This document shows, piece after piece, positions 41,517 to 51,713 of a stretch of 64,000 nucleotides of DNA. Under the pieces are notes generated by a model. The model was not told the origin of the DNA, ran no database searches, and saw only the letters and a list, made by a program, of their open reading frames with translations. The stretch covers positions 25,746 through 89,745 of the forward strand of contig CAWJBB010000066.1 in assembly GCA_963840855.1 (NCBI GenBank), given 5' to 3'. A program made the translations under genes and the position numbers. Position 1 is the stretch's first letter. Each line of letters begins with the position of its first letter. This DNA comes from an uncultured delta proteobacterium. GTDB lineage: Bacteria; Desulfobacterota; Binatia; UBA9968.

Positions 41517-42626
41517 GTGGCGTCGCGGTCGATGAAAAGGAATCGCTCAGTGACGGCGCCACTGCAACGGATTGTCGGAGAGAAAGTCCGCGCTATTTTT
41601 GGCACGGCTGCGGAAATCTCATTGTTAGCGCCGCTGGCCGGAGATGCGTCGAGCCGCCGCTACTTTCGCGCCACCCTGGCTAACGCCAAGGCGCCGTCGT
41701 CGATCATCGTGATGGCGCTGCCCGCCGAAAGCTCATTGCCGCTTTCTTCCGAAGAACTGGCGGTATTCAAAGAACCGCTGAAAGAACTTCCGTTTCTCAA
41801 CCTGCACCGGTTTTTGAGTAGTATCGGTGCGCGGGTGCCGAAACTTTACGGCCATTGGGAAAAGGAAGGCATTTTAATCCTCGAAGACCTGGGAGATACC
41901 GCCCTGTGGGATAAGGTGCAAGGACTACCGGAACGGGACGTCTTTGCATGGTACGAACGCGCCATCGACGAGCTGCTGCTGCTGCAGATCAAGGGCACTC
42001 GGGCCCGCGATGACGCCTGCATCGCGTTTCAGCAACGCTTCGATTACCGGCTTTACATGTGGGAGTTCGAGCATTTTTTAGAATACGGCCTGGAAAAACG
42101 GCCGGGCACGGCGGCGCGCAAAAATACGCTGGACGAACTCCGCGCCGTCTTCGCCGCCATCGCCCGCCGATTGGACAGCCAAACACCCTGCTTGAATCAC
42201 CGCGACTATCACAGCTGGAACTTAATGGTGCATGACGGCGCGGTGGCCATGATCGATTTTCAGGACGCGCTGTTGGCGCCGCCGCAGTATGACCTGGCGT
42301 CACTGTTGAATGACCGTATCACCGGCACCGTTATCTCGCCAGGCCGCGAAGAGCGGTTGGTGCGATATTACACGGACCAAAGAGCCGCGCAGACGAAAAC
42401 AGCTTTGAACGCCGATGAATTTCTCGAAATCTATCTGCTCTCGGTGATACAGAGGGATCTGAAGGTCGTCGGGCGGTTCTATTATCTCGACATCGTCAAA
42501 GGAAAACCCGGCTATATGAAGTTCATCCCGCCCACCCTGCGCCGTCTGAAACGCAATCTCGCGCGCCTGCCGCAAACGGAGCAAATCATTCCGATCCTTG
42601 CCGAGCATTACGAGGAAATGCGATGA
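41517..42626 (+). CDS. amgK: Anomeric MurNAc/GlcNAc kinase (APH family)
   Basis: LAGDASSRRYFR, LEDLGD, HRDYHSWNLM, IDFQDA and YDLASLL motifs; coupled to a nucleotidyltransferase. Confidence 0.85.
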   Translation: MASRSMKRNRSVTAPLQRIVGEKVRAIFGTAAEISLLAPLAGDASSRRYFRATLANAKAPSSIIVMALPAESSLPLSSEELAVFKEPLKELPFLNLHRFLSSIGARVPKLYGHWEKEGILILEDLGDTALWDKVQGLPERDVFAWYERAIDELLLLQIKGTRARDDACIAFQQRFDYRLYMWEFEHFLEYGLEKRPGTAARKNTLDELRAVFAAIARRLDSQTPCLNHRDYHSWNLMVHDGAVAMIDFQDALLAPPQYDLASLLNDRITGTVISPGREERLVRYYTDQRAAQTKTALNADEFLEIYLLSVIQRDLKVVGRFYYLDIVKGKPGYMKFIPPTLRRLKRNLARLPQTEQIIPILAEHYEEMR

Positions 42627-43369
42627 AGGCAATGGTCTTTGCCGCCGGCGAGGGCCAAAGGTTGCGTCCCATAACCGAGAAAACCCCCAAGCCTCTGGTG
42701 CCCGTGGCCGGGCGCCCCATGATCGAATACCCGCTGCTTTTGCTTCGGCACTATGGCATCGAAGAAATTATCATTAACCTGCATCACCTCGGCGGCCAGG
42801 TGGAGTCCTACCTGGGAGACGGCGCTGATCTCGGTTTGAAAATCTGCTACTCCCAGGAAGCCGAACTACTTGACACCGGCGGCGGGCTGTTGAAGGCTAA
42901 GTCTTTTCTCGAAGACGCGACGTTTATCGTCATCAATACGGATGTACTGGTCGACCTGCCATTGGCTGAGGTCCTCGCTTTTCACCGGCGCAACGCAGCC
43001 GCTGCGACGCTCGTCCTGCGGCCCGACCCTCACGCCGATCGATACGGCTCCATGGACATCACCGCCGACGGACGCATCTGCCGGTTTCTTAACACCAAGA
43101 TGCCGGAGGCCCCGAGCACTCCGGTGCGCAAGCTGATGTTCACTGGGGTGCAGGTCCTCGAACCGAGGGTCTTCGACTACATGCCCTCTCCGGCCGAGAC
43201 CGAGAAATTCAGCACCACAAGAGACGTCTATCCTAAGATGCTCCTGCAAAGAGATCGGCTATTTGGCTTTAGCTTCGACGGTTTCTGGCACGACCTGGGA
43301 ACCTTCGAACGCATTAAGGAAGCCGAAGAGCGTTTGTCAGTGGGTCGAGTGAAGCTGCACTACGTTTGA
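42623..43369 (+). CDS. murU: MurNAc-1-phosphate uridylyltransferase-like nucleotidyltransferase
   Basis: MKAMVFAAGEGQRLRPIT..PKPL, LDTGGG and WHDLGT motifs. Confidence 0.83.
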   Translation: MKAMVFAAGEGQRLRPITEKTPKPLVPVAGRPMIEYPLLLLRHYGIEEIIINLHHLGGQVESYLGDGADLGLKICYSQEAELLDTGGGLLKAKSFLEDATFIVINTDVLVDLPLAEVLAFHRRNAAAATLVLRPDPHADRYGSMDITADGRICRFLNTKMPEAPSTPVRKLMFTGVQVLEPRVFDYMPSPAETEKFSTTRDVYPKMLLQRDRLFGFSFDGFWHDLGTFERIKEAEERLSVGRVKLHYV

Positions 43370-43450
43370 TGTCTTGACTTCTTTGCCTACTCAGCGTCTG
43401 GTTCCAATCTCTACCCCTCCTCACCCCTGATTTGCCACCCCCTTGCCTCT

Positions 43451-44200
43451 ATGTTAGCTTCAACCGTCGCAAAAATTTCTATGGCTTCTCTGGCGCTCTA
43501 TCTTCCAACCCTTATTTTCATATCCCTGTTGGGCGGGTTTTTGCCGCTGATGAAAGTGCTGTCGCAAAAGACCCTTGCATTGCTTCTCAGCTTCAGCGCG
43601 GGAGTTCTCCTCGGGGCGGTTTTTTTTCACATGATTCCCGAAGCCGGAAAATTTCTTTCAGACGGCCTTGGATGGGCCGTATTGGGAGGGTTCTTGCTGA
43701 TTTTCACTCTGGAGCGCTTCGTATTCGTGCACGCTTGCGAAGAGCGTGATTGCGACATTCACCAGATGGGCATTCCCGCTTTTTTGGGCATCTCGCTGCA
43801 CAGTCTCCTGGACGGTGTCGCTCTTGGCGCGGGGCTCATTATTCCACAGTTGGGCCCGGTCGTTCTCCTGGCCGTGATCATTCACAAGATGCCGGACGGC
43901 ATTTCAATTTCGTCAATCCTGTTGTCGGCGGGATGGAACCGGCGCACCGTGGGGCTTTTAAACCTGCTCTTTTCTCTGACGACTCCGGTTGGAGCGCTCA
44001 TCGCATATTTTTCGCTCAGCGCTGTCGCCGCCGAATCCGTAGCGGTCGCCATCGGAATTTCGGCTGGGACGTTTCTCGCCATAGCCACCGCGGATATTCT
44101 GCCCCAAGTGCACCGCATTGAGGAACGCAATCCCATGACGCTGATTTTCCTGCTTGGCGGTCTGGCCGTCAGTTGGGCGGGGAAACTAGTCGCGCAATGA
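43451..44200 (+). CDS. ZIP family metal transporter
   Basis: SAGVLLG, LHSLLDG and IIHKMPDG motifs; about eight TMs. Confidence 0.9.
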   Translation: MLASTVAKISMASLALYLPTLIFISLLGGFLPLMKVLSQKTLALLLSFSAGVLLGAVFFHMIPEAGKFLSDGLGWAVLGGFLLIFTLERFVFVHACEERDCDIHQMGIPAFLGISLHSLLDGVALGAGLIIPQLGPVVLLAVIIHKMPDGISISSILLSAGWNRRTVGLLNLLFSLTTPVGALIAYFSLSAVAAESVAVAIGISAGTFLAIATADILPQVHRIEERNPMTLIFLLGGLAVSWAGKLVAQ

Positions 44201-45270
44201 GCGGTCATGGAAAATCAACTCATTCAGCTGCCGGCGTAACATCAATCATGCATACATTCCTTGCCGCTTGCCGGCGCGAGAAGACTAGCTACACACCCGT
44301 GTGGCTCATGCGCCAGGCCGGCCGTTACATGGAGGAATACCGCAAGCTGCGCGCCCAGTATGGATTTTTAGAGCTCTGCAAAACGCCTGACCTGGCGGCC
44401 GAAATTACGGTCACTCCGGTCGAACACCTTGGCGTCGACGCGGCGATTCTTTTCGCGGATATCTTGCTCATTTTGGAGCCCATGGGCGTCGATCTGGAGT
44501 ATACGAAAGGGGACGGTCCCGTCATCCACAATCAGGTTAGCAGCAGGACCCACGTCGAACAGCTTGTCGAATTCGACCCGCAAGAAGCTCTTCCGTTTGT
44601 TTACGAAGCCGTGCGCAAAAGTTGCGCGGCACTGAATGGGAAAGTGCCGCTTATCGGCTTTGCCGGAGCCCCCTTTACCCTCGCCTCGTATCTCATCGAG
44701 GGCGGCGGCTCCCGCAACTATCTTAAAACCAAGAAGCTGATTTATTCGAACCCCGGCGCCTGGCGTCCCTTAATGGAGCGCCTGTCGTCGGTCATCGCCA
44801 AATATCTCAACGCGCAAATCGCCGCGGGGGCGGAGGCCGTACAGCTCTTCGACAGTTGGGCCGGCTGTTTGTCCCCCGAAGACTACGAGCGATTTGTCCT
44901 TCCGCATACGCGCGCAACTATTGCAGGCGTGACTCCAGGCGTTCCCGTCATCCACTTCAGCACCGGGACGGGCGGATTTCTCACATCCCTCCGTGCTGCC
45001 GGAGGCGATGTCATCGGCGTGGACTGGAGAGTCAATCTCGATGCGGCCTGGGAATGCCTGGGGCATGATATTGCGATCCAAGGGAATCTCGATCCCGCCG
45101 TGCTCCTTTCTTCGCCAAGGGACATCCGCCGGCGAGTTGAAGAGATCCTGCGCCGCGCGAACGGCAGGCCGGGTCATATTTTCAACCTGGGCCACGGCGT
45201 TTTGCCGGAAACGCCTGTGGAGAATGTGAAAGCCATGGTCGAAGCCGTGCACGAGCTAAGCGCGCGATGA
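44197..45270 (+). CDS. hemE: Uroporphyrinogen decarboxylase
   Basis: PVWLMRQAGRY, IGFAGAPFTLASY, QLFDSWAG, QGNLDP and FNLGHG motifs. Start is 44197 or 44248. Confidence 0.97.
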   Translation: MSGHGKSTHSAAGVTSIMHTFLAACRREKTSYTPVWLMRQAGRYMEEYRKLRAQYGFLELCKTPDLAAEITVTPVEHLGVDAAILFADILLILEPMGVDLEYTKGDGPVIHNQVSSRTHVEQLVEFDPQEALPFVYEAVRKSCAALNGKVPLIGFAGAPFTLASYLIEGGGSRNYLKTKKLIYSNPGAWRPLMERLSSVIAKYLNAQIAAGAEAVQLFDSWAGCLSPEDYERFVLPHTRATIAGVTPGVPVIHFSTGTGGFLTSLRAAGGDVIGVDWRVNLDAAWECLGHDIAIQGNLDPAVLLSSPRDIRRRVEEILRRANGRPGHIFNLGHGVLPETPVENVKAMVEAVHELSAR

Positions 45271-45303
45271 TCGAGCTTGAAATTTAAGCTCCCTGATCTT
45301 GAA

Positions 45304-45340
45304 CCCTCGCCCGCCTTGCGGGAAAGGCAGGGTAAGGGGT
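45304..45340. repeat. REP-like GC-rich palindromic element
   Basis: ccctcgcccgccttgcgggaaaggcagggtaagggg. Confidence 0.45.
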
Positions 45341-45361
45341 TAAATCTGTCCCGCAGTGACT

Positions 45362-46279
45362 ATGTCATACAATGCTATATTGCTAATGGCCTTCGGGGGG
45401 CCCGCTAGTCCGGAAGAGATACTCCCGTTTCTCGCGCGAGTCACCGACGGCATCTCGATCCCCGCCCCGCGATTGGACGAAGTCGCTCGTCACTATGAAG
45501 CGGTCGGCGGCAAATCGCCGCTCAATGAGATCACCTTCCGTCAGGCTGATGCCTTGCGCAAAATTCTGAGCGCGCGACTCCCCGTCTACGTCGGCATGCG
45601 CAACAGCCGGCCTTTCTTCGCCGAGACGCTGCAGCAGATGCATGATGACGGGGTCAGACGGGCGCTCGGATTCATTCTGTCGTCGCACCAAACCGAGGCG
45701 AGCTGGGAGCGCTATCAGAAAAATATCGCGGACGCCCGAGCTGAAATCGGAAACCACGCCCCGTCAATCGATTACTGCGACGGCTGGCACGACCATCCGC
45801 TTTTCATTCGAAGCTGGCAGGAGCTGATTCAAACCGCCGGCGCCGCGTTTCCCGCGGCAAATCGTGCGGCGATGCCGTTGGTATTCACCGCGCACAGTGT
45901 GCCTACGCCGATGGCTGCGCGTTCGCCCTATGTCGAACAATTGCAAACCACCGCTCGCCTGATCGCGGCGAAACTCGATCATCCGCGCTGGTCCATCGCT
46001 TACCAAAGCCGCAGCGGTAAACCCACCGATCCGTGGCTCGAGCCAGACATCGGCGAGGTGATTAAAGATTTCGCCGCGGCTGGCATCAAACAGATGATCC
46101 TGGCCCCTATTGGCTTTGTCTGCGATCACGTGGAGATTCTTTACGACCTCGACATCGAGGCGAAGAAATTCGCCGAAGATTTGGGCGTGCGGCTGACCCG
46201 TGCAAACTGCCCTAACGACCACCCTATGTTCATCCGGATGATCGCCGATGTCGTCTTGAAGAGGTTGGCGCAATCCTGA
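45362..46279 (+). CDS. hemH: Ferrochelatase (possibly coproporphyrin type)
   Basis: MAFGGP, GGKSPL, FTAHSVP, YQSRSG..WLEPDI and GFVCDHVEILYDLD motifs. Confidence 0.95.
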   Translation: MSYNAILLMAFGGPASPEEILPFLARVTDGISIPAPRLDEVARHYEAVGGKSPLNEITFRQADALRKILSARLPVYVGMRNSRPFFAETLQQMHDDGVRRALGFILSSHQTEASWERYQKNIADARAEIGNHAPSIDYCDGWHDHPLFIRSWQELIQTAGAAFPAANRAAMPLVFTAHSVPTPMAARSPYVEQLQTTARLIAAKLDHPRWSIAYQSRSGKPTDPWLEPDIGEVIKDFAAAGIKQMILAPIGFVCDHVEILYDLDIEAKKFAEDLGVRLTRANCPNDHPMFIRMIADVVLKRLAQS

Positions 46280-46346
46280 TCTGTTTTGCATCGACTAAGA
46301 ATTTTATCTTCGCCCTGTACTCAGGAAACGGGAAGGGTGAGGGCGA

Positions 46347-47780
46347 ATGACCCGCCACATCGTCGTCATCGGCGGCGGCATCGCCGGACTCGCCGCCGCT
46401 CATCGAATAGTTGAGCTGAAAAATGACAATCGGCTCGACCATGAAGTCATCCTTCTCGAAGCTTCGAACCACCTTGGCGGCGCCATCGCCACGGAGCGCA
46501 TCGGTGAATTTCTCGTGGAGGCCGGACCCGACTCTTTCATTACGGAAAAACCCTGGGCGCTGAAGCTGTGCGAGCGCCTGGGACTTGCGTCGCATCTGGT
46601 CTCCACCCAGAGCGCCTATCAAAAGATCTTCGTAGTCCATAACGGCAAGCTCGAACCCTTGCCGGAAGGATTCTTCTTGCTGGCGCCTACTTCTTTGTGG
46701 CCGTTTGTTGAATCGCCGCTCTTTTCTTGGGCCGGCAAGCTGCGCATGGCCGCCGAACTTCTGCTGCCACGCAAAAATTCTAGCGCCGACGAAAGCCTTG
46801 GATCGTTTGTCCGGCGACGCTTCGGCAGCGAAGCACTGGAGCGCGTCGCACAGCCATTGGTGGGGGGTATCTACGCCGCTGACCCGGACAAGCTCAGCCT
46901 CGCGGCAACCATGCCGCGCTTTTTAGAAATGGAGCGCGACCGGCGCAGCGTGATCTATGCCATGTGGTCGGCGCAGCGCGAGCGGACGCGCCGGCGCGAG
47001 GCGGGCAGCGGCGCGCGCTGGAGTTTGTTCGTCACCTTGGGCGGCGGTATGCAGGAGTTTGTCGGCGCCATCGCACGGCGGCTGCCCGAAGGTTGCGTTC
47101 GTCTCAATAGCCGGGTAAATAACTTGCAGTTCGACGAAAACCAGAAGGCCTGGCGGGTCACGATGGCCGGAAACGAAACTCTCGAAGCCAGCGCCGTCAT
47201 CCTCGCCACCCCCGCCTATCGCAGCGCGGACATGATTGCGCCTGTCATTTCAAGCGCCTCCCGGGAATTGGAACAAATTTCCTACGCATCGACGGCTACG
47301 GTGAGCCTCGCCTACGAGCTTGAGGATTTACCTCAACCGCCAAACAGTTTTGGGTTTGTCGTACCTGCTATCGAGGGGCGCAAAATGATGGCTTGCACGT
47401 TCAGCAGCCTGAAGTATCCCGGCAGAGCGCCGCAGGGCAAAATTTTGCTGCGCGCCTTCGTCGGCGGCAGCCTGCAGCCTGATCTTTTCAACGATGATGA
47501 CGCCACGATGGAGAAAAACGTGCGCGCGGAACTCGCGGCGTTACTCGGCGTCAGGACCGCACCGCTTTTCACCCGCGTCTGGCGCCATCCCAACTCCATG
47601 CCGCAGTATCACGTCGGTCACCAAGAACGAATTCGGCGCATCGAAACGGCGCTGGCGCGATTCCCAACCCTCGCCCTCGCCGGCAGCGCTTACCACGGCG
47701 TTGGCATCTCTGACTGCGTAAGAGCCGGCGAAGCAGCCGCGGAGACAATGGTCGAACACCTGAGACGTAGGCCCGGCTGA
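46347..47780 (+). CDS. hemY: HemY-type proto/coproporphyrinogen oxidase
   Basis: GGGIAGLAAA, EAGPDSF, GGIYAAD, MPQYHVGH and GVGISDC motifs. Confidence 0.94.
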   Translation: MTRHIVVIGGGIAGLAAAHRIVELKNDNRLDHEVILLEASNHLGGAIATERIGEFLVEAGPDSFITEKPWALKLCERLGLASHLVSTQSAYQKIFVVHNGKLEPLPEGFFLLAPTSLWPFVESPLFSWAGKLRMAAELLLPRKNSSADESLGSFVRRRFGSEALERVAQPLVGGIYAADPDKLSLAATMPRFLEMERDRRSVIYAMWSAQRERTRRREAGSGARWSLFVTLGGGMQEFVGAIARRLPEGCVRLNSRVNNLQFDENQKAWRVTMAGNETLEASAVILATPAYRSADMIAPVISSASRELEQISYASTATVSLAYELEDLPQPPNSFGFVVPAIEGRKMMACTFSSLKYPGRAPQGKILLRAFVGGSLQPDLFNDDDATMEKNVRAELAALLGVRTAPLFTRVWRHPNSMPQYHVGHQERIRRIETALARFPTLALAGSAYHGVGISDCVRAGEAAAETMVEHLRRRPG

Positions 47781-47853
47781 TTTCTAAAGACGAAACTGAT
47801 ATAGAATCGAATTATCGGCCTCGAATCTTTTACAGATGCCTCTGTCTTTTACC

Positions 47854-47921
47854 CGTCATTCCCGTGAAAACGGAATCCAGATTTCGGCCGTACCTGGACT
47901 CCCGCTGCCGCGGGAGTGACG
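47854..47921. repeat. REP-type inverted pair (GTCATTCCC..GAATCCAG / CTGGACTCCC..GGGAGTGAC)
   Basis: Two imperfect palindromes in inverted orientation in an intergenic region. Confidence 0.7.
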
Positions 47922-48021
47922 ACTTGTTTTTTTCTTACGTGAATGGGTTCTTAAGGAAGGGAACCGTTTAACATCGCGGCAGGGGATTTTTAGATCAATA
48001 ACGAAAGGCATAAGTACTCCC

Positions 48022-48870
48022 ATGATGATCATCGACTCCCAAGTGCACATCTGGGCACCGGAAACCCCGACAAAACCCTACGCCAGGGTAGACGCATCGC
48101 CGCCGCATCGTCCGGTGCCGCTGGGTCACGAGGAATTACTGGGAGAAATGGACGGCGCAGGCGTTGAGCGATGCGTGCTCGTGCCGCCGACCTGGGAAGA
48201 CGATCGCAACGATACCTCTCTTGAAGCGGCGCGTTTGCACCCAGATCGTTTTGCGGTCATGGGGAAGATCAAAATTCACCGGCCCGAAAGCCGCGCGTTG
48301 ATGGCCACCTGGAAGAATCAGCCGCACATGCTGGGCATTCGCATGACCTTCAATGCGGGTCGATCTAGTCGATGGCTGGTAGACGGCACCGCGGACTGGT
48401 TTTGGGACGCCGCCGAGCGCTACGATGTTCCCGTGATGACCTTTGCGCCCAACGACGTGCCGAAACTGCTTGAAGTTGCCGAGCGCCATCCGGGATTGCG
48501 CATGATTGTCGACCACATGGGGCTCAGCTCAGCGCTGCGCGGTAAATCTCTGGAGCCGGCAGTCGCCAATGTGATCAAGTTTGCCCGGCTAAAAAACGTC
48601 GCGGTGAAAGTTTCGGCATTGCCTTGCTATGTCGACGAGCCATATCCGTTTCCGACGCTGCACCCGCTGGTGCGCCGCGTGGTCGACGCTTTTGGACCGC
48701 AGCGCTGTTTTTGGGGAACCGATCTTTCGCATCTTCCCTGCCCCTACAAGCAAGTGGTAACTCTCTTCACCGAAGAAATGAAAGCACTTTCATCATCCGA
48801 ATTGGAATGGATCATGGGCCGCGGCATTGCCGAATGGTTGAACTGGCCGTTGCCGAAAAGTACGGCCTAA
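48022..48870 (+). CDS. Amidohydrolase_2 family protein
   Basis: IIDSQVHIW, VDHMG, VAVKVS and FGPQRCFWGTD motifs. Confidence 0.9.
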   Translation: MMIIDSQVHIWAPETPTKPYARVDASPPHRPVPLGHEELLGEMDGAGVERCVLVPPTWEDDRNDTSLEAARLHPDRFAVMGKIKIHRPESRALMATWKNQPHMLGIRMTFNAGRSSRWLVDGTADWFWDAAERYDVPVMTFAPNDVPKLLEVAERHPGLRMIVDHMGLSSALRGKSLEPAVANVIKFARLKNVAVKVSALPCYVDEPYPFPTLHPLVRRVVDAFGPQRCFWGTDLSHLPCPYKQVVTLFTEEMKALSSSELEWIMGRGIAEWLNWPLPKSTA

Positions 48871-48984
48871 TTGAGAGAAACTTTCGCTGTTGTGATGTCC
48901 TTTCATCCCGGCCAAACTGGCGGTTTAGCTTCAGCCTCCGAACTGTTTACGCCTCAAGCCTCATGGCTCACGCCTACCCTATAT

Positions 48985-51534
48985 TCAGCGCCAGTCGTGC
49001 TTTGGATACCTGCGCTTAAGTTCCTGTTTGAGTTTCGGGTATGTTTCACGCCAGAAAACTGACAGGTTCTCAGTAATCTGCACCGGGCGGTTATTCGGCG
49101 CGAGCACGTGAATGCGGACAAGAACGCGGCGGTTGGCGATCCAGACCGCTTCTTTGGTGCCGTACAAATCCTGGATGCGCGCCGCAATCGTCGGCGCCCC
49201 GTCCACTGAGTAGACGACCTTCACGGCGCGTCCGTGAGGCAATGCAATCCGCTCGGGCGCATAGTCTTCTAACCACGCTTGTTGCTGCCGGGACAGCCAC
49301 GACTTGACGACGGGCCAAACAGGTCGATCCTTGATTTCGTTCTGGCTGAACGCGCCATGGCAAATTAGCTGGAGCATGGCGTCCCGCTCCTCTTCTCCGA
49401 TGGCGGGCAATGCCAGCTCCGGCATCCATTCGCGCAATCGATTGACGCGCAGGATCCATTGTTCCACCGCCACGTTCCAGTTCTTGAGGGCGCAGCGGCC
49501 GGCCGCAACTTCGCGCGCGAGAATCCCGGCTGCTTCCTCAGCCGGCGGATTGTCGGATAATTTCTCTTCTAGAACCAGATCTCGGAATCGCGTCTCGTCC
49601 CGGGCAACGACGCGCCGCAGCGCCGGGTCATAGACAACGGCACGGACTTGCTTGAAACCCTCCGGGAAAAGCTCGCGCAGCCATGTCTCATCGACCGCCG
49701 TGGCCAGATTCAGCACGACATTCAAGGCTCGGTCCCTGCCGCCGCCGCTTTCCACCTCGCGCACCTCGGAGACGACGAAGAGCGGCGCTTTAACGACGCT
49801 CTCGCGGGCCAACACCCCGCGCCGGCCATGGACCAGCTCGCATCGTAGCGTCCCGGCGTCCGACCGCTTGGCGAGCTGGTCGGAGAACCCGACCAGCACG
49901 CAACGCTGCACGGCGTCTTTGACATCTTGCGCAGCCGGCGCTTCAGTGACGTTCAAACCCTCGGCCGCGGCGATCCTCAAGAACTGCTCGAACAACGGCC
50001 CCACCTGGCGCGCCGCCTGCGCGTGAATACCGAGCCGTCGACAGCGCTCGATTTGATATCCGGCGCCCTCGGCAGCGCGCCAGGCGCGCATCAGCAGAAA
50101 AAAATCCGACTCTTTCTCATCACCGATCAGATCGTCGCGTAGGTCGTCAGTTTGTTTTGCTTGGCGGCGCGCGAGCAAATCCCGCCCTTGCGTCAGGGCG
50201 GCGATCAACGCGACGGACCGCACACAACCATAGTCATGGGCGGCCAGCAGCATCCGCGCGTAGCGCGGATGCGCCGGAAATGCGAGCATGCGCCGTCCGA
50301 GCGCGGTGATGGCGCCCGCCGTGCCGTCAATGGCTCCCAAATCGCTGAGCAGCGTCTCGGCGCGTTCCAGCGCGCGCGCATCGGGAGCCTCCAGCCAGCG
50401 GAATGTCCTCACGTCGTTCACGCCGCTCGCCTTGAGCGTGAGGATCGCCTCCGAGAGATCCAGCCGCTTCACTTCGGCGAATTCCTGGATAGGACGCGCG
50501 TTCTGTTCATGCGCCGTCCATAGACGCACGCAGCGTCCAGGCGCGGTGCGTCCGGCACGGCCGGCGCGCTGGTCGGCTGCGGCGCGGCTGATTTTTTCGA
50601 CGAGCAACGTGTTGATGCCGCGATGCGGGTCATAGCGGGGAATACGCGCCAAACCGCTGTCGATCACTAGCCGAACACCATCGATGGTAAGCGAGGTTTC
50701 CGCGACGTTAGTGGCAACGACGATTTTGCGCCGATCATATCGGGCCACCGCCGCATCTTGATCGCTCGGCGGCAATTCGCCGTGCAATGGCAACACGACG
50801 AACTCTGGGCCAAGCGCATCGCGCGCCGCCTGCACGGCGCGCGTGATCTCGTACGTCCCGGGCATGAAAACGAGCGCGTCGCCTTGAGGTTCGTGGCGCA
50901 CCAGGCGCTGGAGTTCCTTGACGGCAAGCTCCCAGACCGGCGGGTCACCGGCCGGTTTGGCCAGATATTCGATGGCGACAGGGTAGGCGCGGCCTTGGGA
51001 CGACAGCACCGCGCAGGGATCGAGATACTTCTGGACCATTGCGACATCCAACGTGGCCGACATGACGAGGATGATGAGATCGGGCCGCGTCGATTCCTGG
51101 ATTTGCAGAGCGCGCGCCAGCGTGATGTCCCCGTATAGATGCCGTTCGTGAAATTCGTCGAACACAATCGCGCTGACGCCCTTCAAGCCGGGATCAGCCA
51201 GCATCTGGCGCAGCAGCACGCCTTCGGTCACGTAACAGATCCGCGTCGCCGGTGAGGTGACGTTGTCCAGCCGCATCTGATAGCCCACCTCGCCGCCGAG
51301 TTTAACGTCCCGAGCTCGCGCGACCCACGCCGCGAGCATTCGCGTGGGCAACCGGCGCGGCTGCAAGACCGTCACTCGGCCACCCTGCAAGAGTCCGCCG
51401 TCGAGCAGCAGCTGCGGCACTTGAGTTGATTTTCCCGAGCCGGTGGGCGCGGACAAAACCAACCGCTTCTGCGTCGTCAGGGTTTCGAGCAACGGCTGTT
51501 CGATCTCGAAGATAGGTAAATCCGGCTTTCGCAT
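48985..51534 (-). CDS. hrpB: ATP-dependent helicase HrpB
   Basis: PTGSGKST, DEFHER, MSAT, ATNVAETSLTI and QRAGRAGR motifs; HrpB C-terminus (RYPKHDW). Confidence 0.95.
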   Translation of the reverse strand: MRKPDLPIFEIEQPLLETLTTQKRLVLSAPTGSGKSTQVPQLLLDGGLLQGGRVTVLQPRRLPTRMLAAWVARARDVKLGGEVGYQMRLDNVTSPATRICYVTEGVLLRQMLADPGLKGVSAIVFDEFHERHLYGDITLARALQIQESTRPDLIILVMSATLDVAMVQKYLDPCAVLSSQGRAYPVAIEYLAKPAGDPPVWELAVKELQRLVRHEPQGDALVFMPGTYEITRAVQAARDALGPEFVVLPLHGELPPSDQDAAVARYDRRKIVVATNVAETSLTIDGVRLVIDSGLARIPRYDPHRGINTLLVEKISRAAADQRAGRAGRTAPGRCVRLWTAHEQNARPIQEFAEVKRLDLSEAILTLKASGVNDVRTFRWLEAPDARALERAETLLSDLGAIDGTAGAITALGRRMLAFPAHPRYARMLLAAHDYGCVRSVALIAALTQGRDLLARRQAKQTDDLRDDLIGDEKESDFFLLMRAWRAAEGAGYQIERCRRLGIHAQAARQVGPLFEQFLRIAAAEGLNVTEAPAAQDVKDAVQRCVLVGFSDQLAKRSDAGTLRCELVHGRRGVLARESVVKAPLFVVSEVREVESGGGRDRALNVVLNLATAVDETWLRELFPEGFKQVRAVVYDPALRRVVARDETRFRDLVLEEKLSDNPPAEEAAGILAREVAAGRCALKNWNVAVEQWILRVNRLREWMPELALPAIGEEERDAMLQLICHGAFSQNEIKDRPVWPVVKSWLSRQQQAWLEDYAPERIALPHGRAVKVVYSVDGAPTIAARIQDLYGTKEAVWIANRRVLVRIHVLAPNNRPVQITENLSVFWRETYPKLKQELKRRYPKHDWR

Positions 51535-51713
51535 CAGGTGAGGTTAACTTAACATTATTGGAAGAGCCACATGATCAAAGCCTCTATCCTTTCCCTTGCT
51601 TCACGGGTCACGAGCACGATCATGGATCTTTTCCTCGATCACGCATTCCCTTACGATTCCGTTCTGGTAGACTGGTGGCGGCTCCATCGGAAACGGCACG
51701 GATTCGGCTTACT

